A DNA stretch of 46,632 nucleotides from Planctomycetota bacterium (GTDB taxonomy: Bacteria > Planctomycetota > Phycisphaerae > UBA1845). The position numbers and the translations under genes were made by a program. Shown in pieces: positions 1 to 9,138 of the stretch (positions within the stretch are counted from its first letter, which is position 1; the number at the start of each line of letters is the position of its first letter). The stretch covers positions 1 through 46,632 of the forward strand of contig JAJRSR010000211.1 of assembly GCA_024278695.1 (NCBI GenBank), written 5' to 3'. Below the pieces are notes generated by a model. It did not search any database and was not told the origin of the DNA. It saw only the letters and a list, made by a program, of their open reading frames with translations.

Positions 1-1
1 C

Positions 2-109
2 TACGATCCCACAACGGGGACGTGCGAACCCTTCGTGTGGGGCGGTTGCGGCGGCAACGCCAACAATTTCTCGACGGCGGCCGAGTGCGCGACAGCGTGC
101 CAAAGGTAG
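2..109 (+). CDS. C-terminal end of a Kunitz/BPTI-type protease-inhibitor domain protein (5' truncated by the window edge)
   Basis: Frame +2 reads YDPTTGTCEPFVWGGCGGNANNFSTAAECATACQR*, matching the Kunitz pattern C-x2-F-x-[YW]-GGC-x-GN-x-NNF-x5-C-x3-C; not in the ORF track. Confidence 0.88.
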   Translation, partial: YDPTTGTCEPFVWGGCGGNANNFSTAAECATACQR

Positions 110-480
110 CCGAGAAGCAGCAGGGGCATGCTGCTGCATGTTGGGGTAACGCCAGGGTGCGGGATCGCGGTCGAGGGTCATCGGTATGCACTGGCGCACC
201 ATACGCGGCGGCGAGATGAGCGAGGTGCTAGCGGTCTGCGCGATGCTGCATACCGCGATCGTTGCGTGCCGTTTTATCGATCAGTTCCACCGACCGCGCT
301 GATTTTGACGCGCCGAAGGCATCAGCCAGGGTGCCTCCGTTTTGATGGTGCTGTCTCGGTAGGGGGGTGAGAAACGCTTGGAAGCGATATCGCCGCTCTC
401 AGCTTCGTACCGTTTCGGAATGAGAACCAGTTTGATGCTGTTTTGAGACGGGTGCAAGACTGATGAGGCGGTTACACGTG

Positions 481-653
481 GGGTGGACAAGCGTCGCGGC
501 GATGGCATTGCGAATACAGAAAAGGCTCCCGGGGCGACGCTTGCCCGTGCTTTCCCCTGCTGCGTCATCACGGGCAAACGCCGCAAGCCGTATCCTTCGG
601 ATAGTCGCAAGCCCGATCCTGCGGCATTTGTCCATGCCACCCATCCGCCAATT
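481..653. repeat. Cluster of alternating inverted repeats (REP/BIME-like)
   Basis: GTGGACAAGCGTCGCG (483-498), GCGACGCTTGCCCGTG (534-549), CACGGGCAAACGCCGCA (569-585) and TGCGGCATTTGTCCATG (620-636) alternate in orientation; the tail CCCATCCGCCAATT (640-653) recurs as CCCATCCGCCGATT at 15127-15140. Confidence 0.6.
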
Positions 654-756
654 CTGTCTTGCAGCCTTTTGAGGCTCCCCGTGCCCCTTGACCTACCCTG
701 GCCTAGCCGCTCTAATTCTGGCTTCAATTTATGGCCTTACTGGTAGGAGCGATTCT

Positions 757-2211
757 ATGAGCATGTCGGTAGTCAAAGGTGTTCGGTTGGGCGTGGCGTT
801 GGTTGTTGCAGCCGTTGGTATTGTGGTGACTGGATGCGTAAAAAATCAACTTCGGATCGTTACCAAGCCGACGGGGTCTTCCATTGTTGTTCGCGATGCG
901 AAGGGTCGAGTTACGCATACTGGCACCGCACCGTTCAACTTGGGGCTCTCGTTTGATTCGGGCAAGCAACCGTATGCGGTGGAGGCCAAGCCCTCCAGTG
1001 CGATGGACGATCGGTATGTTTTTGGAAAGAAATCATTGTCCCAGGAAGAATATGACGCGCTACCCAAAGATGAAGGTGCGAACCGGCGTATACTTGAAAT
1101 CGATCTCGCCGAAAAAGAATACTTGATAGTAAAGCATGTGGAAGTGATTCTCGATGCGCGTCGTCGGTGGCGCGGCGTGGTCACGCAATCACGTGCGTAC
1201 AAGGATATCAAGGAGGCGGGCGGTGCCATACCGGGCCTCATTGTGGAGTTTGGGGAAAACCTTGGCATTCAATCGTTGGCGTTGTCTCCTGACGGCAACC
1301 GCATTGTTTACTCTGTGGCAAAATATGACCGAACAGCCCAAGAGCTTTCGAAGATTGTTGAGTCGGCAACGCCGACGCCACTCAATGTGATTGGGGCCAA
1401 TTTGCACGGCGTGGATACGCGCCGGGGCGGCATACAGCATATTACGTCGGACAACTTTCGTGACATGTTCCCGAGCTTTACCACCGATGGTGAATACATA
1501 CTCTTTACATCCAATCGCCGCCGTCCGGACTCTGAGGATCTGCTCGAGATTCATGCAGTCCGACGTGAGGGAATCAGGGACGTCTACTTGGATCGGCGTG
1601 ATGGCCGCGTCTTGCGACCGACACAGGCTGCTGACGGGACAATTGCCTATGCCCTCGAGGACGCAAATTGGAATGACGAACAACATCGTAACACGGTTTG
1701 GACCGTCAAGGGCAAGAATGGGTACCCGTATCAGATTCAGGGCGGAACACAGCCAGCGATATCACCTGATGGGAAGCATATTGCATACATCGGTGGTGAT
1801 CGCAATCTGTGGGTAGTCGAAGTCGATGGCTCAAATGCCACGCAGATCACATCCGGCAGTAGTAAAATCGTGCAACGCTACAAGGACAGCCTCAACGTCG
1901 AAGAACGCCGCCGCTACGACTGTTTTGTCGAGGATATGGGTGTCTTCGAGAGGATGCCCTATTCATATCCATCGTGGAGTTCGGACGGTGAATGGATTGT
2001 TTTCTCTTCGATGGAGGGAAGCGATCCGACTGGCCGGCCCAATGAGGATGTTTGGGCGATGCGCTCAGACGGTTCCGGCAAGCGGCAGCTCACCACAAAC
2101 GGCTCCACCGATCGGTATCCTCTCTTGTCGCCAGGCAATGAGTGGATCTACTTTATGTCCAACCGGGGTGGTCGCTGGGCCATCTGGCGGATCGAGCCGT
2201 CTTTGGATTAG
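757..2211 (+). CDS. TolB-like beta-propeller (PD40 repeat) lipoprotein with a PEGA-like N-terminal segment
   Basis: AGGAG RBS before ATG 757; lipobox VTGC; PD40 motifs ALSPDGNRIVYS, PSFTTDGEYILFTSNR, PAISPDGKHIAY, PSWSSDGEWIVFSS, SPGNEWIYFMSNRGG. Confidence 0.8.
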   Translation: MSMSVVKGVRLGVALVVAAVGIVVTGCVKNQLRIVTKPTGSSIVVRDAKGRVTHTGTAPFNLGLSFDSGKQPYAVEAKPSSAMDDRYVFGKKSLSQEEYDALPKDEGANRRILEIDLAEKEYLIVKHVEVILDARRRWRGVVTQSRAYKDIKEAGGAIPGLIVEFGENLGIQSLALSPDGNRIVYSVAKYDRTAQELSKIVESATPTPLNVIGANLHGVDTRRGGIQHITSDNFRDMFPSFTTDGEYILFTSNRRRPDSEDLLEIHAVRREGIRDVYLDRRDGRVLRPTQAADGTIAYALEDANWNDEQHRNTVWTVKGKNGYPYQIQGGTQPAISPDGKHIAYIGGDRNLWVVEVDGSNATQITSGSSKIVQRYKDSLNVEERRRYDCFVEDMGVFERMPYSYPSWSSDGEWIVFSSMEGSDPTGRPNEDVWAMRSDGSGKRQLTTNGSTDRYPLLSPGNEWIYFMSNRGGRWAIWRIEPSLD

Positions 2212-2301
2212 TGATAGCGGTTGCCGCTCGAGCCGCGTAGGGTCATGCTGTTGTACGCCGTGGCTTCTCGGTGGTTTCGCAGTTGAGTCGTGATCGGAGC
2301 A

Positions 2302-3552
2302 TTAGCTATCTCCGACATAGCGTTTCAGCAGCCGACCGACTTCCACTACGTCCTTATCCCCGCGTCCGGAGAGGTTGACGATGACCATATGCTCCGGTGC
2401 CATTGTCTTGGCACGTTCTACCGCGCTTGCTATGGCGTGGGCTGATTCCAGCGCGGGGATGATGCCTTCGGTTTCGCAGAGCAGGGTGAACGCCGCGAGT
2501 GCCGCGTCGTCGTCGGCGTGGACGTATTCCACCCGCCCGGCTTCTTTCCAATACGCATGCTCCGGGCCGACGCCGGGGTAGTCAAGACCGGCCGACACCG
2601 AGTGGACCGGCAAGGTCTGGCCGTCGTGATCCTGCAAGACATACGTACGCATCCCGTGGATGATCCCCGGCGCGCCGGCGCTCAGGGTGGCCGCATGCCT
2701 ACCCTCGACTAGCTTCTCGCCGGCCGCCTCCACGCCGACGAGCTTCACGCTTTCATCATCGAGAAACGGCGCGAAGATGCCGGCCGCGTTGCTGCCGCCA
2801 CCGACGCAGGCGATCACGCAATCGGGCAGCTTACCCGCCATCGCCAACGATTGAGCCCGCGCCTCCTTGCCGACGACCGACTGAAAGTCCCGAACCATCT
2901 GCGGGAACGGATGCGGACCCATCACGCTGCCGATGACGTAGTGCGTGTGCTCGCTGGTGGACATCCAATCGCGCATCGCCTCGTTGATGGCGTCCTTCAA
3001 AGTCTTTTGGCCCGACTCGACCGAAACCACACGCGTGCCGAGTAGCTCCATGCGGAAGACGTTGAGTTTCTGGCGGCGGATGTCTTCCGCGCCCATGTAG
3101 ACGACGCACGCCATGCCGCAGACCGCCGCCGCCGTCGCGGTGGCCACGCCGTGCTGTCCCGCGCCGGTCTCAGCGATGATGCGCTGTTTGCCCATCCGCC
3201 GTGTGAGCAGAATCTGCCCCATCGTGTTGTTGATCTTATGGGCACCGGTGTGGTTGAGGTCTTCACGTTTGAGATAGATCTGCGCGCCGCCGGTACGCTC
3301 GCTGAGGCGTTTTGCATGGTAGAGCGGGCTGGGGCGTCCGACGTAGTGCTTAAGCAGGTCGTGAAGCTCGGTCCAAAACGCGCGGTCCTGTCGGGCGGTG
3401 GCGTACACTGCTTCTAGCTGGGTGACGGCGGCCATCAGTGTTTCCGGTACGAAGCGTCCGCCGAAGCCGTCAGAGTCCTCAGTGATGCCGAAGCGGCCGT
3501 TGGCGTCGGGTTCCCAGCGGCTGCTCAGCGCGGGCATGATGTCAATGTCCAC
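2302..3552 (-). CDS. trpB: Tryptophan synthase beta subunit (start may be a few codons downstream)
   Basis: [19 protein letters not shown]-lysine motif, [43 protein letters not shown]. Confidence 0.97.
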   Translation of the reverse strand: MDIDIMPALSSRWEPDANGRFGITEDSDGFGGRFVPETLMAAVTQLEAVYATARQDRAFWTELHDLLKHYVGRPSPLYHAKRLSERTGGAQIYLKREDLNHTGAHKINNTMGQILLTRRMGKQRIIAETGAGQHGVATATAAAVCGMACVVYMGAEDIRRQKLNVFRMELLGTRVVSVESGQKTLKDAINEAMRDWMSTSEHTHYVIGSVMGPHPFPQMVRDFQSVVGKEARAQSLAMAGKLPDCVIACVGGGSNAAGIFAPFLDDESVKLVGVEAAGEKLVEGRHAATLSAGAPGIIHGMRTYVLQDHDGQTLPVHSVSAGLDYPGVGPEHAYWKEAGRVEYVHADDDAALAAFTLLCETEGIIPALESAHAIASAVERAKTMAPEHMVIVNLSGRGDKDVVEVGRLLKRYVGDS

Positions 3553-3829
3553 GGTTGTGGTTCCTTCTGGTTGAGAAGCGCCCCGAGTCTGCGGATCACC
3601 GGTTCGTTTTTGGCGTGGTCGGTCTAACGCCGCCTGCCATGGTAGCCGTTGCGGTTCATTCTTCCAGCGGCGGCAGAAACCGCGCCCGGGGGGCGTACAG
3701 CGTGTCGGCGTCGCGGTCGATAGGGGGGTATTGGGGTGTGGAGTGGTCCGCGCCGCACGGGCCGGTTATAGTGCCCCGCTTTGTTCGGTGATGTGGATGA
3801 CGCGAGGGATTTACGGAGTCGTTTGGCAG

Positions 3830-4105
3830 ATGGGTGACGAACCGCTACGTCGATGGATTAATGAAGTTGTCGTGCTCGACACGATGACGCCGATCGTCTA
3901 CATCGGTCGGCTTGTGGAGGTTACCGACACGACGTTGGTGTTGGAGCAGACGGACATGCACGACTGCCGCGACGGTCACGCCAACAAGGAACTCTACCTC
4001 GTCGAGACGAACGAAGGTGGTGTGTCGGTGAACCGGGCGACCGTGATGGTGATGCGATCGTCCGTGATTAGTGTGTCGCGGCTGAGTGATGTCGATGCGA
4101 GTTGA
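3830..4105 (+). CDS. Small hypothetical protein with an Sm/LSm-like sequence pattern
   Basis: WINEVVVLDT..VYIGRLVEV..TLVLEQTD (Sm1-like) and VMVMRSSVISVS (Sm2-like); codirectional with galE. Confidence 0.6.
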   Translation: MGDEPLRRWINEVVVLDTMTPIVYIGRLVEVTDTTLVLEQTDMHDCRDGHANKELYLVETNEGGVSVNRATVMVMRSSVISVSRLSDVDAS

Positions 4106-4159
4106 TCGGCAGCGATCACGGTGATGATCTCAGACGAAACAAAAGCATAGCGAGCGAAT

Positions 4160-5146
4160 ATGCGGGTATTGGTGACAGGTGGTGCGGGTTACGTTGGTAG
4201 TCACTGCGTCCGCGCGCTGTGTGATGATGGCGTCGATGTCGTCGTGTTCGACTCCTTGGCCGCCGGTCATCGTGAGGCCGTGGATACGCGGGCGACGTTG
4301 ATCGTGGGTGATCTTGCCGATGCGGGGTTGGTCGATAGCACGCTAGCTGGCGGCGGCTATGATGCCGTCATGCATTTCGCTGCGCTAGCCGACGTGGGGG
4401 AATCCGTTCGCGAACCCCTGAAATACTATAAAAATAACGTGGGCGCAACGCTCACGCTTCTCGGACAGATGCGTGACCACGGTGTGAAGTCGTTTGTGTT
4501 TAGTTCCACCTGCGCGGTGTATGGTATACCGAGCAGCGTGCCGATTGCAGAGGGGACGCCGCGAAAACCGATCAGCCCCTACGGTCGTTCGAAGCTGGCT
4601 ATCGAATGGGCGTTAGAGGATTGCGCCAAGGCTTGGGGGTTGGCGGCCACCTCCCTTCGATATTTCAACGCGGCGGGTGCTGCTTTGGATGGTTCGATCG
4701 GTGAGGATCATGACCCCGAGACGCACCTGATTCCACTCGTGTTGCAGGTGGCCGCGGGCAAACGGGAAGAAATCAAAATCTTTGGTGTGGATTACCCCAC
4801 GCCGGACGGCTCCTGCGTTCGTGACTACGTTCACGTGGCCGACCTGGCCAACGTTCACCGCAAGGCGCTGGAGACCCAGGTCGAGGGTGCGTTTCGATTC
4901 TACAACGTGGGGAGCGGTGTGGGCGTCAGCGTGAAGGACCTGATCGAGAAAGCCAGAGCGGTGACGGGAAAGGATATCCCCGCAGCACCGGCACCACGCC
5001 GCGCGGGTGACCCGCCAGAGCTGTATGCCGATCCGACGAAGGCCATGGCGGAGTTGGGCTGGCAGCCGGAGTTCAGCGACATCAAGAAGACGCTGGAGAC
5101 AGCCTGGCAGTGGCACCAGTCGCATCCGAGCGGGTTTTCCAGCTAG
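4160..5146 (+). CDS. galE: UDP-glucose 4-epimerase
   Basis: VLVTGGAGYVGSH, FSSTCAVYG, YGRSK (YxxxK), LRYFNAAGA, GEDHDPETHLIP, DYPTPDGSCVRDYVHV. Confidence 0.95.
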   Translation: MRVLVTGGAGYVGSHCVRALCDDGVDVVVFDSLAAGHREAVDTRATLIVGDLADAGLVDSTLAGGGYDAVMHFAALADVGESVREPLKYYKNNVGATLTLLGQMRDHGVKSFVFSSTCAVYGIPSSVPIAEGTPRKPISPYGRSKLAIEWALEDCAKAWGLAATSLRYFNAAGAALDGSIGEDHDPETHLIPLVLQVAAGKREEIKIFGVDYPTPDGSCVRDYVHVADLANVHRKALETQVEGAFRFYNVGSGVGVSVKDLIEKARAVTGKDIPAAPAPRRAGDPPELYADPTKAMAELGWQPEFSDIKKTLETAWQWHQSHPSGFSS

Positions 5147-5413
5147 TCGTTCACGCTAAGTGTTGGAAGCATAGTGGGTTACGGTTGGTTCTCGGGACTG
5201 TTCCTTGCTCTGTTGGACCGTGCCATTCCAATCTCAAACTCGTTTGTTTCCGGCTAGCCTGTTGCCTTGGGGTGGCGCGGCGGTACCCGTGGGCGTGACG
5301 GTTGCCAATCGCAGTCGATCAACTATACTCCCCGGTCTTGGCCTGTATGGGCTCCCCGGTTCAAACGAGTGTTTGGGGTCGTGGGGTGTGCTGACGTTTG
5401 TATGAGGTGCTTG

Positions 5414-5686
5414 ATGTCTCGCGTATGCTATTTCACCGGAAAAAAGACCCGTGCCGGTCGTTCGATCGCTCGCAAGGGTAAGGCGAAGTACCTCGGCGGC
5501 GTGGGTCGCAAGACCACCGGCGTCACCAAGCGCAAGTTCAAGCCCAACATCCAGCGCGTTCGCGCCGTCATCGACGGTAAGATCTGCCGCATCAAGGTTT
5601 CGGCCAAGGCCATCCGCATGGGTTTGGTCGTGAAACCGGTCAAACGCACTTGGAAGCCTGAAGACGCTGAGGCTGGTACCAGCTAG
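5414..5686 (+). CDS. rpmB: 50S ribosomal protein L28
   Basis: MSRVCYFTGKK...GGVGRKTTGVTKRKFKPNIQ...KVSAKAIR; GAGG RBS upstream. Confidence 0.95.
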   Translation: MSRVCYFTGKKTRAGRSIARKGKAKYLGGVGRKTTGVTKRKFKPNIQRVRAVIDGKICRIKVSAKAIRMGLVVKPVKRTWKPEDAEAGTS

Positions 5687-5722
5687 CACTCCTGGCTTAG
5701 GCACTCCTGGCTTAGGCACTCC
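5686..5722. repeat. 15-bp tandem repeat (GCACTCCTGGCTTAG, about 2.5 copies)
   Basis: Copies at 5686-5700 and 5701-5715, partial copy at 5716-5722. Confidence 0.85.
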
Positions 5723-5841
5723 GTTTGTAATCATCTATTGGTTCTTATCGCATCATTGCCGTCACCGGTGTACCATCGGGCCGGGTGTTGCGCGCACTTG
5801 GCGTGTGGCCTACGTTTTCCGGTACAGGGAGCAACGCCAAT

Positions 5842-6180
5842 ATGATCGTAGTCAACACTGAAACCATTCCAGGGTATGAGATCGTTGCGCTCAAGGGTCT
5901 TGTGCAGGGCAATACCATCCGCGCGAAGCACCTGGGCAGGGATATGGCCGCCGGATTAAAGAATCTGCTCGGCGGTGAGCTGCGCGGTTACACGGAGCTA
6001 CTCATTGAAGCCCGCCGTCAGGCGCTGGAGCGGATGCTCGCACAGGCCGAACAGCTTGAGGCCAACGCCGTAGTGAATGTGCGGTTTACGACCAGCGCCG
6101 TGACGCAAGGTGCGGCTGAGCTTTACGCCTACGGTACGGCCGTCGTCGCGCATGAGATCGCTGGGAAGGCGGAGGCGTAA
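5842..6180 (+). CDS. YbjQ/UPF0145 family putative heavy-metal-binding protein
   Basis: MIVVNTETIPGYEI..GLVQGNTIRAKHLGRD..GLKNLLGGELRGYTELL..AR..ANAVVNVRF..AYGTAV. Confidence 0.92.
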   Translation: MIVVNTETIPGYEIVALKGLVQGNTIRAKHLGRDMAAGLKNLLGGELRGYTELLIEARRQALERMLAQAEQLEANAVVNVRFTTSAVTQGAAELYAYGTAVVAHEIAGKAEA

Positions 6181-6183
6181 CCC

Positions 6184-6666
6184 ATGCCCCTTCAGTTTTG
6201 GCTACAGGTAGTTCCGTTCGTCGTGTTGATTACCCTTGGGTTCACCGTCGGTGGGTTTGTGGAGCGCCGACATCTCAAGCGATTGGCCGCGTGGGAGGCG
6301 GAGCTTGCCGACATCCTCGTCACGGATTTGAAAAAGTTGCCCGTTGAGGTTTCGGCCCAGCACTGCGGGCTTGTCATGGGAGAGGTCGTGATTGCGTCGG
6401 ATTATTTCAAGACGGTTGCGGCGAAGTTCAAGGGGATGTTTGGCGGAGAGCTTAGTACGTTTCAGACCTTGATGGATCGGGCGCGGCGCGAGGCGTTGGT
6501 GCGTCTGATGAAACGTGCCAAGGCTATGGGGGCGAATCGTGTGTACAATGTGCGGTTTGAGTCGAGCAACATTGGTGCCATGCGCCGCAACAAGCCGTCT
6601 GCCATGGTGGAGCTCTACGCGTACGGCACGGCCGTTCATGTTCCGGAACAAGACGCTAGCGAGTGA
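6184..6666 (+). CDS. Membrane-anchored YbjQ family protein
   Basis: N-terminal TM helix, then GLVMGEVVIASDYFK..FGGEL..RARREA..GANRVYNVRFE..AYGTAV. Confidence 0.88.
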   Translation: MPLQFWLQVVPFVVLITLGFTVGGFVERRHLKRLAAWEAELADILVTDLKKLPVEVSAQHCGLVMGEVVIASDYFKTVAAKFKGMFGGELSTFQTLMDRARREALVRLMKRAKAMGANRVYNVRFESSNIGAMRRNKPSAMVELYAYGTAVHVPEQDASE

Positions 6667-7538
6667 GCCCCGTGCCAAGCGACGACGAATCATCGATCGA
6701 ACGCGAACCGCACTTTCAGCAGCGACCCCACACCGCAGACGATGCGGAGTCGCCAGCATCACAGGCCTTGCATCAAGACAAGCAGCGTGCCGACGCCACT
6801 TGGGAGCGTGCCCGGCATTCGGTCTATGATGAGCCGGCCATCCTGCCGAACAGACCCCCGCGATTGGTGGATGATGACTGGTATTGTCGCAACTGTGGGT
6901 ACAACCTACGCGGGCTGATGACGGGGCACGCCTGTCCGGAGTGCGGCAAGGTCGAGATCTACGAGCCGCCGCAAAAGGGTGAAGAAACGTACGGGGCGTT
7001 GCTTCAGAAACGGAGCCGCGACAACGCACCGGGAAGGACGCGTGTCATCGCATGTGCGGTATCGCTGCTGGGTGTGCCGCTTGCGGTGTTGTGTTCTTTG
7101 TATTCGTTTGAACTGGTCGGAGTTATCGCGTTTGTGGTTGTGGGGCCGCTGGGTAGCGAGGCGGCGAAGGTGCTTGTGCCGGCCATGTTGCTTGAGCGGG
7201 GTCGTTTTGTGGGTGCATCGGTCGGCGTGCTCTGGCTCATGACGCTCGCAACGGCTGCACTGTTCGCGGTGACTCAAAACATCATTTACCTCTCGTTGTT
7301 CATGCCGCAGGCCCCGGTCATGGTGTCGGCCTTTCGTTGGACCATTGGCATCGCGTTGCACCTGGTGTGTGTCGGCGTGAGCACGGCCGGGCTACTGGCG
7401 ATCCGGCGGGAGGCGCAGCGGGATGGGCGTCCGCCGCGCGTTTCGATCGGGTTCCCTTGGCTCTTGCTTTCTGTTTCGCTCCACGCCTTCTACAACGGGT
7501 ATGTGTTTTTCTCGGGTTATCTTGGGTACGGGTTTTGA
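6663..7538 (+). CDS. Zinc-ribbon plus PrsW-like intramembrane protease-family membrane protein
   Basis: CRNCGYNLRGL..CPECG ribbon; TM region with GPLGSEAAK, FAVTQNIIY, ALH and SLHAFYN; GTG start overlaps the upstream TGA. Confidence 0.65.
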   Translation: MSPVPSDDESSIEREPHFQQRPHTADDAESPASQALHQDKQRADATWERARHSVYDEPAILPNRPPRLVDDDWYCRNCGYNLRGLMTGHACPECGKVEIYEPPQKGEETYGALLQKRSRDNAPGRTRVIACAVSLLGVPLAVLCSLYSFELVGVIAFVVVGPLGSEAAKVLVPAMLLERGRFVGASVGVLWLMTLATAALFAVTQNIIYLSLFMPQAPVMVSAFRWTIGIALHLVCVGVSTAGLLAIRREAQRDGRPPRVSIGFPWLLLSVSLHAFYNGYVFFSGYLGYGF

Positions 7539-7648
7539 GTGCGCCGCGGACCGCCGCTTGTTGGCGGGCCAGGGTCTACCACGTAGACTGCCGGGGGCTG
7601 GCTCGGGCCGTGCGTTGGAACGCGAAGACAGACAAATGATTCGATAGG

Positions 7649-8674
7649 ATGGGTTTCGTGGCGACGACGATTCTACTCGTGGCGGTGCAGGTGGCATGCC
7701 TGTCGGGTGATGGCGCGACGTTTGATCCCTGGCGGGATCGGGCTACCTATGCCATTACCTATACCGCTGATGTGTCCGGGTTGATAGGGGGTGGCGCTGG
7801 AGTTGCGGACGGTTCTGGAGTTAGGGGCAGTTCTGGCGTTCGGGTTTGGATGCCGGTACCGGCAGATCGTGAGTACCAGACGGTAAGCGGTGTTCGCGTT
7901 GATGCGCCGTGGGCTCATCGGTTCACGAGGGATGCGGTTGGTAATCGATTTGTCTATGTTGAAGTCAAGCCGAACGAGGATGATCGAAAGATGATCGTGC
8001 TGCACGCGACGGTCGAACGCCGCCCGATGCGCAGCTCGTCTGCCGGGGACCGGGGCGGTCGCACGCCGGCTGATGCGAAGCGCTACCTACGCAGCTCGAC
8101 CCGAGTTCCCGTAACCGGGCTGATTGCCACGTTGGCCAAGCGCGTCGCGGGCAGTCGTAGCGGGCGCGGTGACAAGATTCGTTCGATTTATGATTATGTC
8201 GTTGGGACCATGCGGTACGACAAAACGGGCACGGGTTGGGGCGCGGGTGATGCTGTTTGGGCGTGTAGCTCGAAATACGGAAATTGCACTGATTTCCATT
8301 CACTGCTCATCGGGATGGCCCGGAGCCAGAAAATCCCCGCGCGGTTTGTGATTGGTTTCCCACTGAGTTCGGAGGCTGCCAGCGGTAGGGCGAAGGGGTA
8401 CCACTGCTGGGCCGAGCTTCAGCAATCGACGAGCGGGTGGTTTCCGGTCGATGCGAGCGAGGCGAAGAAGTCTGACCGTTCAGATGCCTACTTCGGCGTC
8501 GTACCAAGCGATCGGATCGAGTTTACGATGGGTCGCGACTTGGTGCTCAACCCGCCACAAGCCGGTGAGCCGCTTAACTTCTTCATCTATCCGTATGCTG
8601 AAGTAGACGGAAACGCCGTCACCGTTCCGTGGACACTTGTCTACGAGCGAATCAAGGCGGTGCCGGACCGGTAA
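7649..8674 (+). CDS. Exported transglutaminase-like domain protein
   Basis: Signal-like N-terminus; Cys-His-Asp motifs GNCTDFHSL, GYHCWAE, WFPVDASEA. Confidence 0.88.
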   Translation: MGFVATTILLVAVQVACLSGDGATFDPWRDRATYAITYTADVSGLIGGGAGVADGSGVRGSSGVRVWMPVPADREYQTVSGVRVDAPWAHRFTRDAVGNRFVYVEVKPNEDDRKMIVLHATVERRPMRSSSAGDRGGRTPADAKRYLRSSTRVPVTGLIATLAKRVAGSRSGRGDKIRSIYDYVVGTMRYDKTGTGWGAGDAVWACSSKYGNCTDFHSLLIGMARSQKIPARFVIGFPLSSEAASGRAKGYHCWAELQQSTSGWFPVDASEAKKSDRSDAYFGVVPSDRIEFTMGRDLVLNPPQAGEPLNFFIYPYAEVDGNAVTVPWTLVYERIKAVPDR

Positions 8675-8733
8675 CGGTCAGAGGCGTGGGGTGTGTTTCT
8701 TTCTTTTGGGGGGAGCCGTTGCCGGGAAAGCTT

Positions 8734-8940
8734 CTACGCCAGGACGTCGAGGCTGCCGTTCTTGCCGCCCGTCCCGGTTGATTGGCTGTCGTTATCGGAT
8801 GCGCCGTTGAGAAGATTCAGGACCATCTCGCCTTGGGCTTTGGCCGCGTCGTTGACCTTGACGGCGACAGCCGTGCCGATTTTCTGCTGTGTGACCGATT
8901 GCTGAAAGCTACTGATGGTTGCTGCGGATGGGATTTCCAT
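8734..8940 (-). CDS. Small YjfB-like (putative motility) protein
   Basis: QQKIGTAVAVKVNDAAKAQGEMVLNLL...GSLDVLA pattern typical of the YjfB family. Confidence 0.6.
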   Translation of the reverse strand: MEIPSAATISSFQQSVTQQKIGTAVAVKVNDAAKAQGEMVLNLLNGASDNDSQSTGTGGKNGSLDVLA

Positions 8941-9138
8941 GTCGTGCTCGCTTCTGCTGGATCGTTCGTTGCGCTATTCCGTTTCCGATGTCGGCCTCCG
9001 CCACTGAGGGCGCGAGCCGTCTCATGTCTCTTCGACAGGAATAGGACGCGGGTTGTGCTTGTCGCTGCGGTAACGGATCGCGAGATTATTTTGCTGATGT
9101 TTTCGGACGCGGACCGAGCGACGGCTGGCCGGGATCGA

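Noticed and set aside
569-636. c-di-GMP-I riboswitch resemblance (GGGCAAAC...GCAAGCC)
   Set aside because: The GAAA tetraloop/receptor and P1-P3 layout are not evident; the inverted-repeat explanation fits better.
281-746. Short ORFs in the first intergenic region, and similarly at 14160-14749 and 34157-34815
   Set aside because: No motifs or RBS support; they run through repeat elements, which also explains the shared ERNGR.EQRVLD.SPCGKRNL translation at two loci.
2302-3552. Stand-alone trpB as a TrpB2 or novel enzyme
   Set aside because: Motifs are canonical TrpB1, and scattered biosynthetic genes are the general pattern in this window.
8941-9020. Sigma-28-like promoter (GCCGACAT) upstream of the YjfB-like gene
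   Set aside because: No correctly spaced -35 element could be identified.
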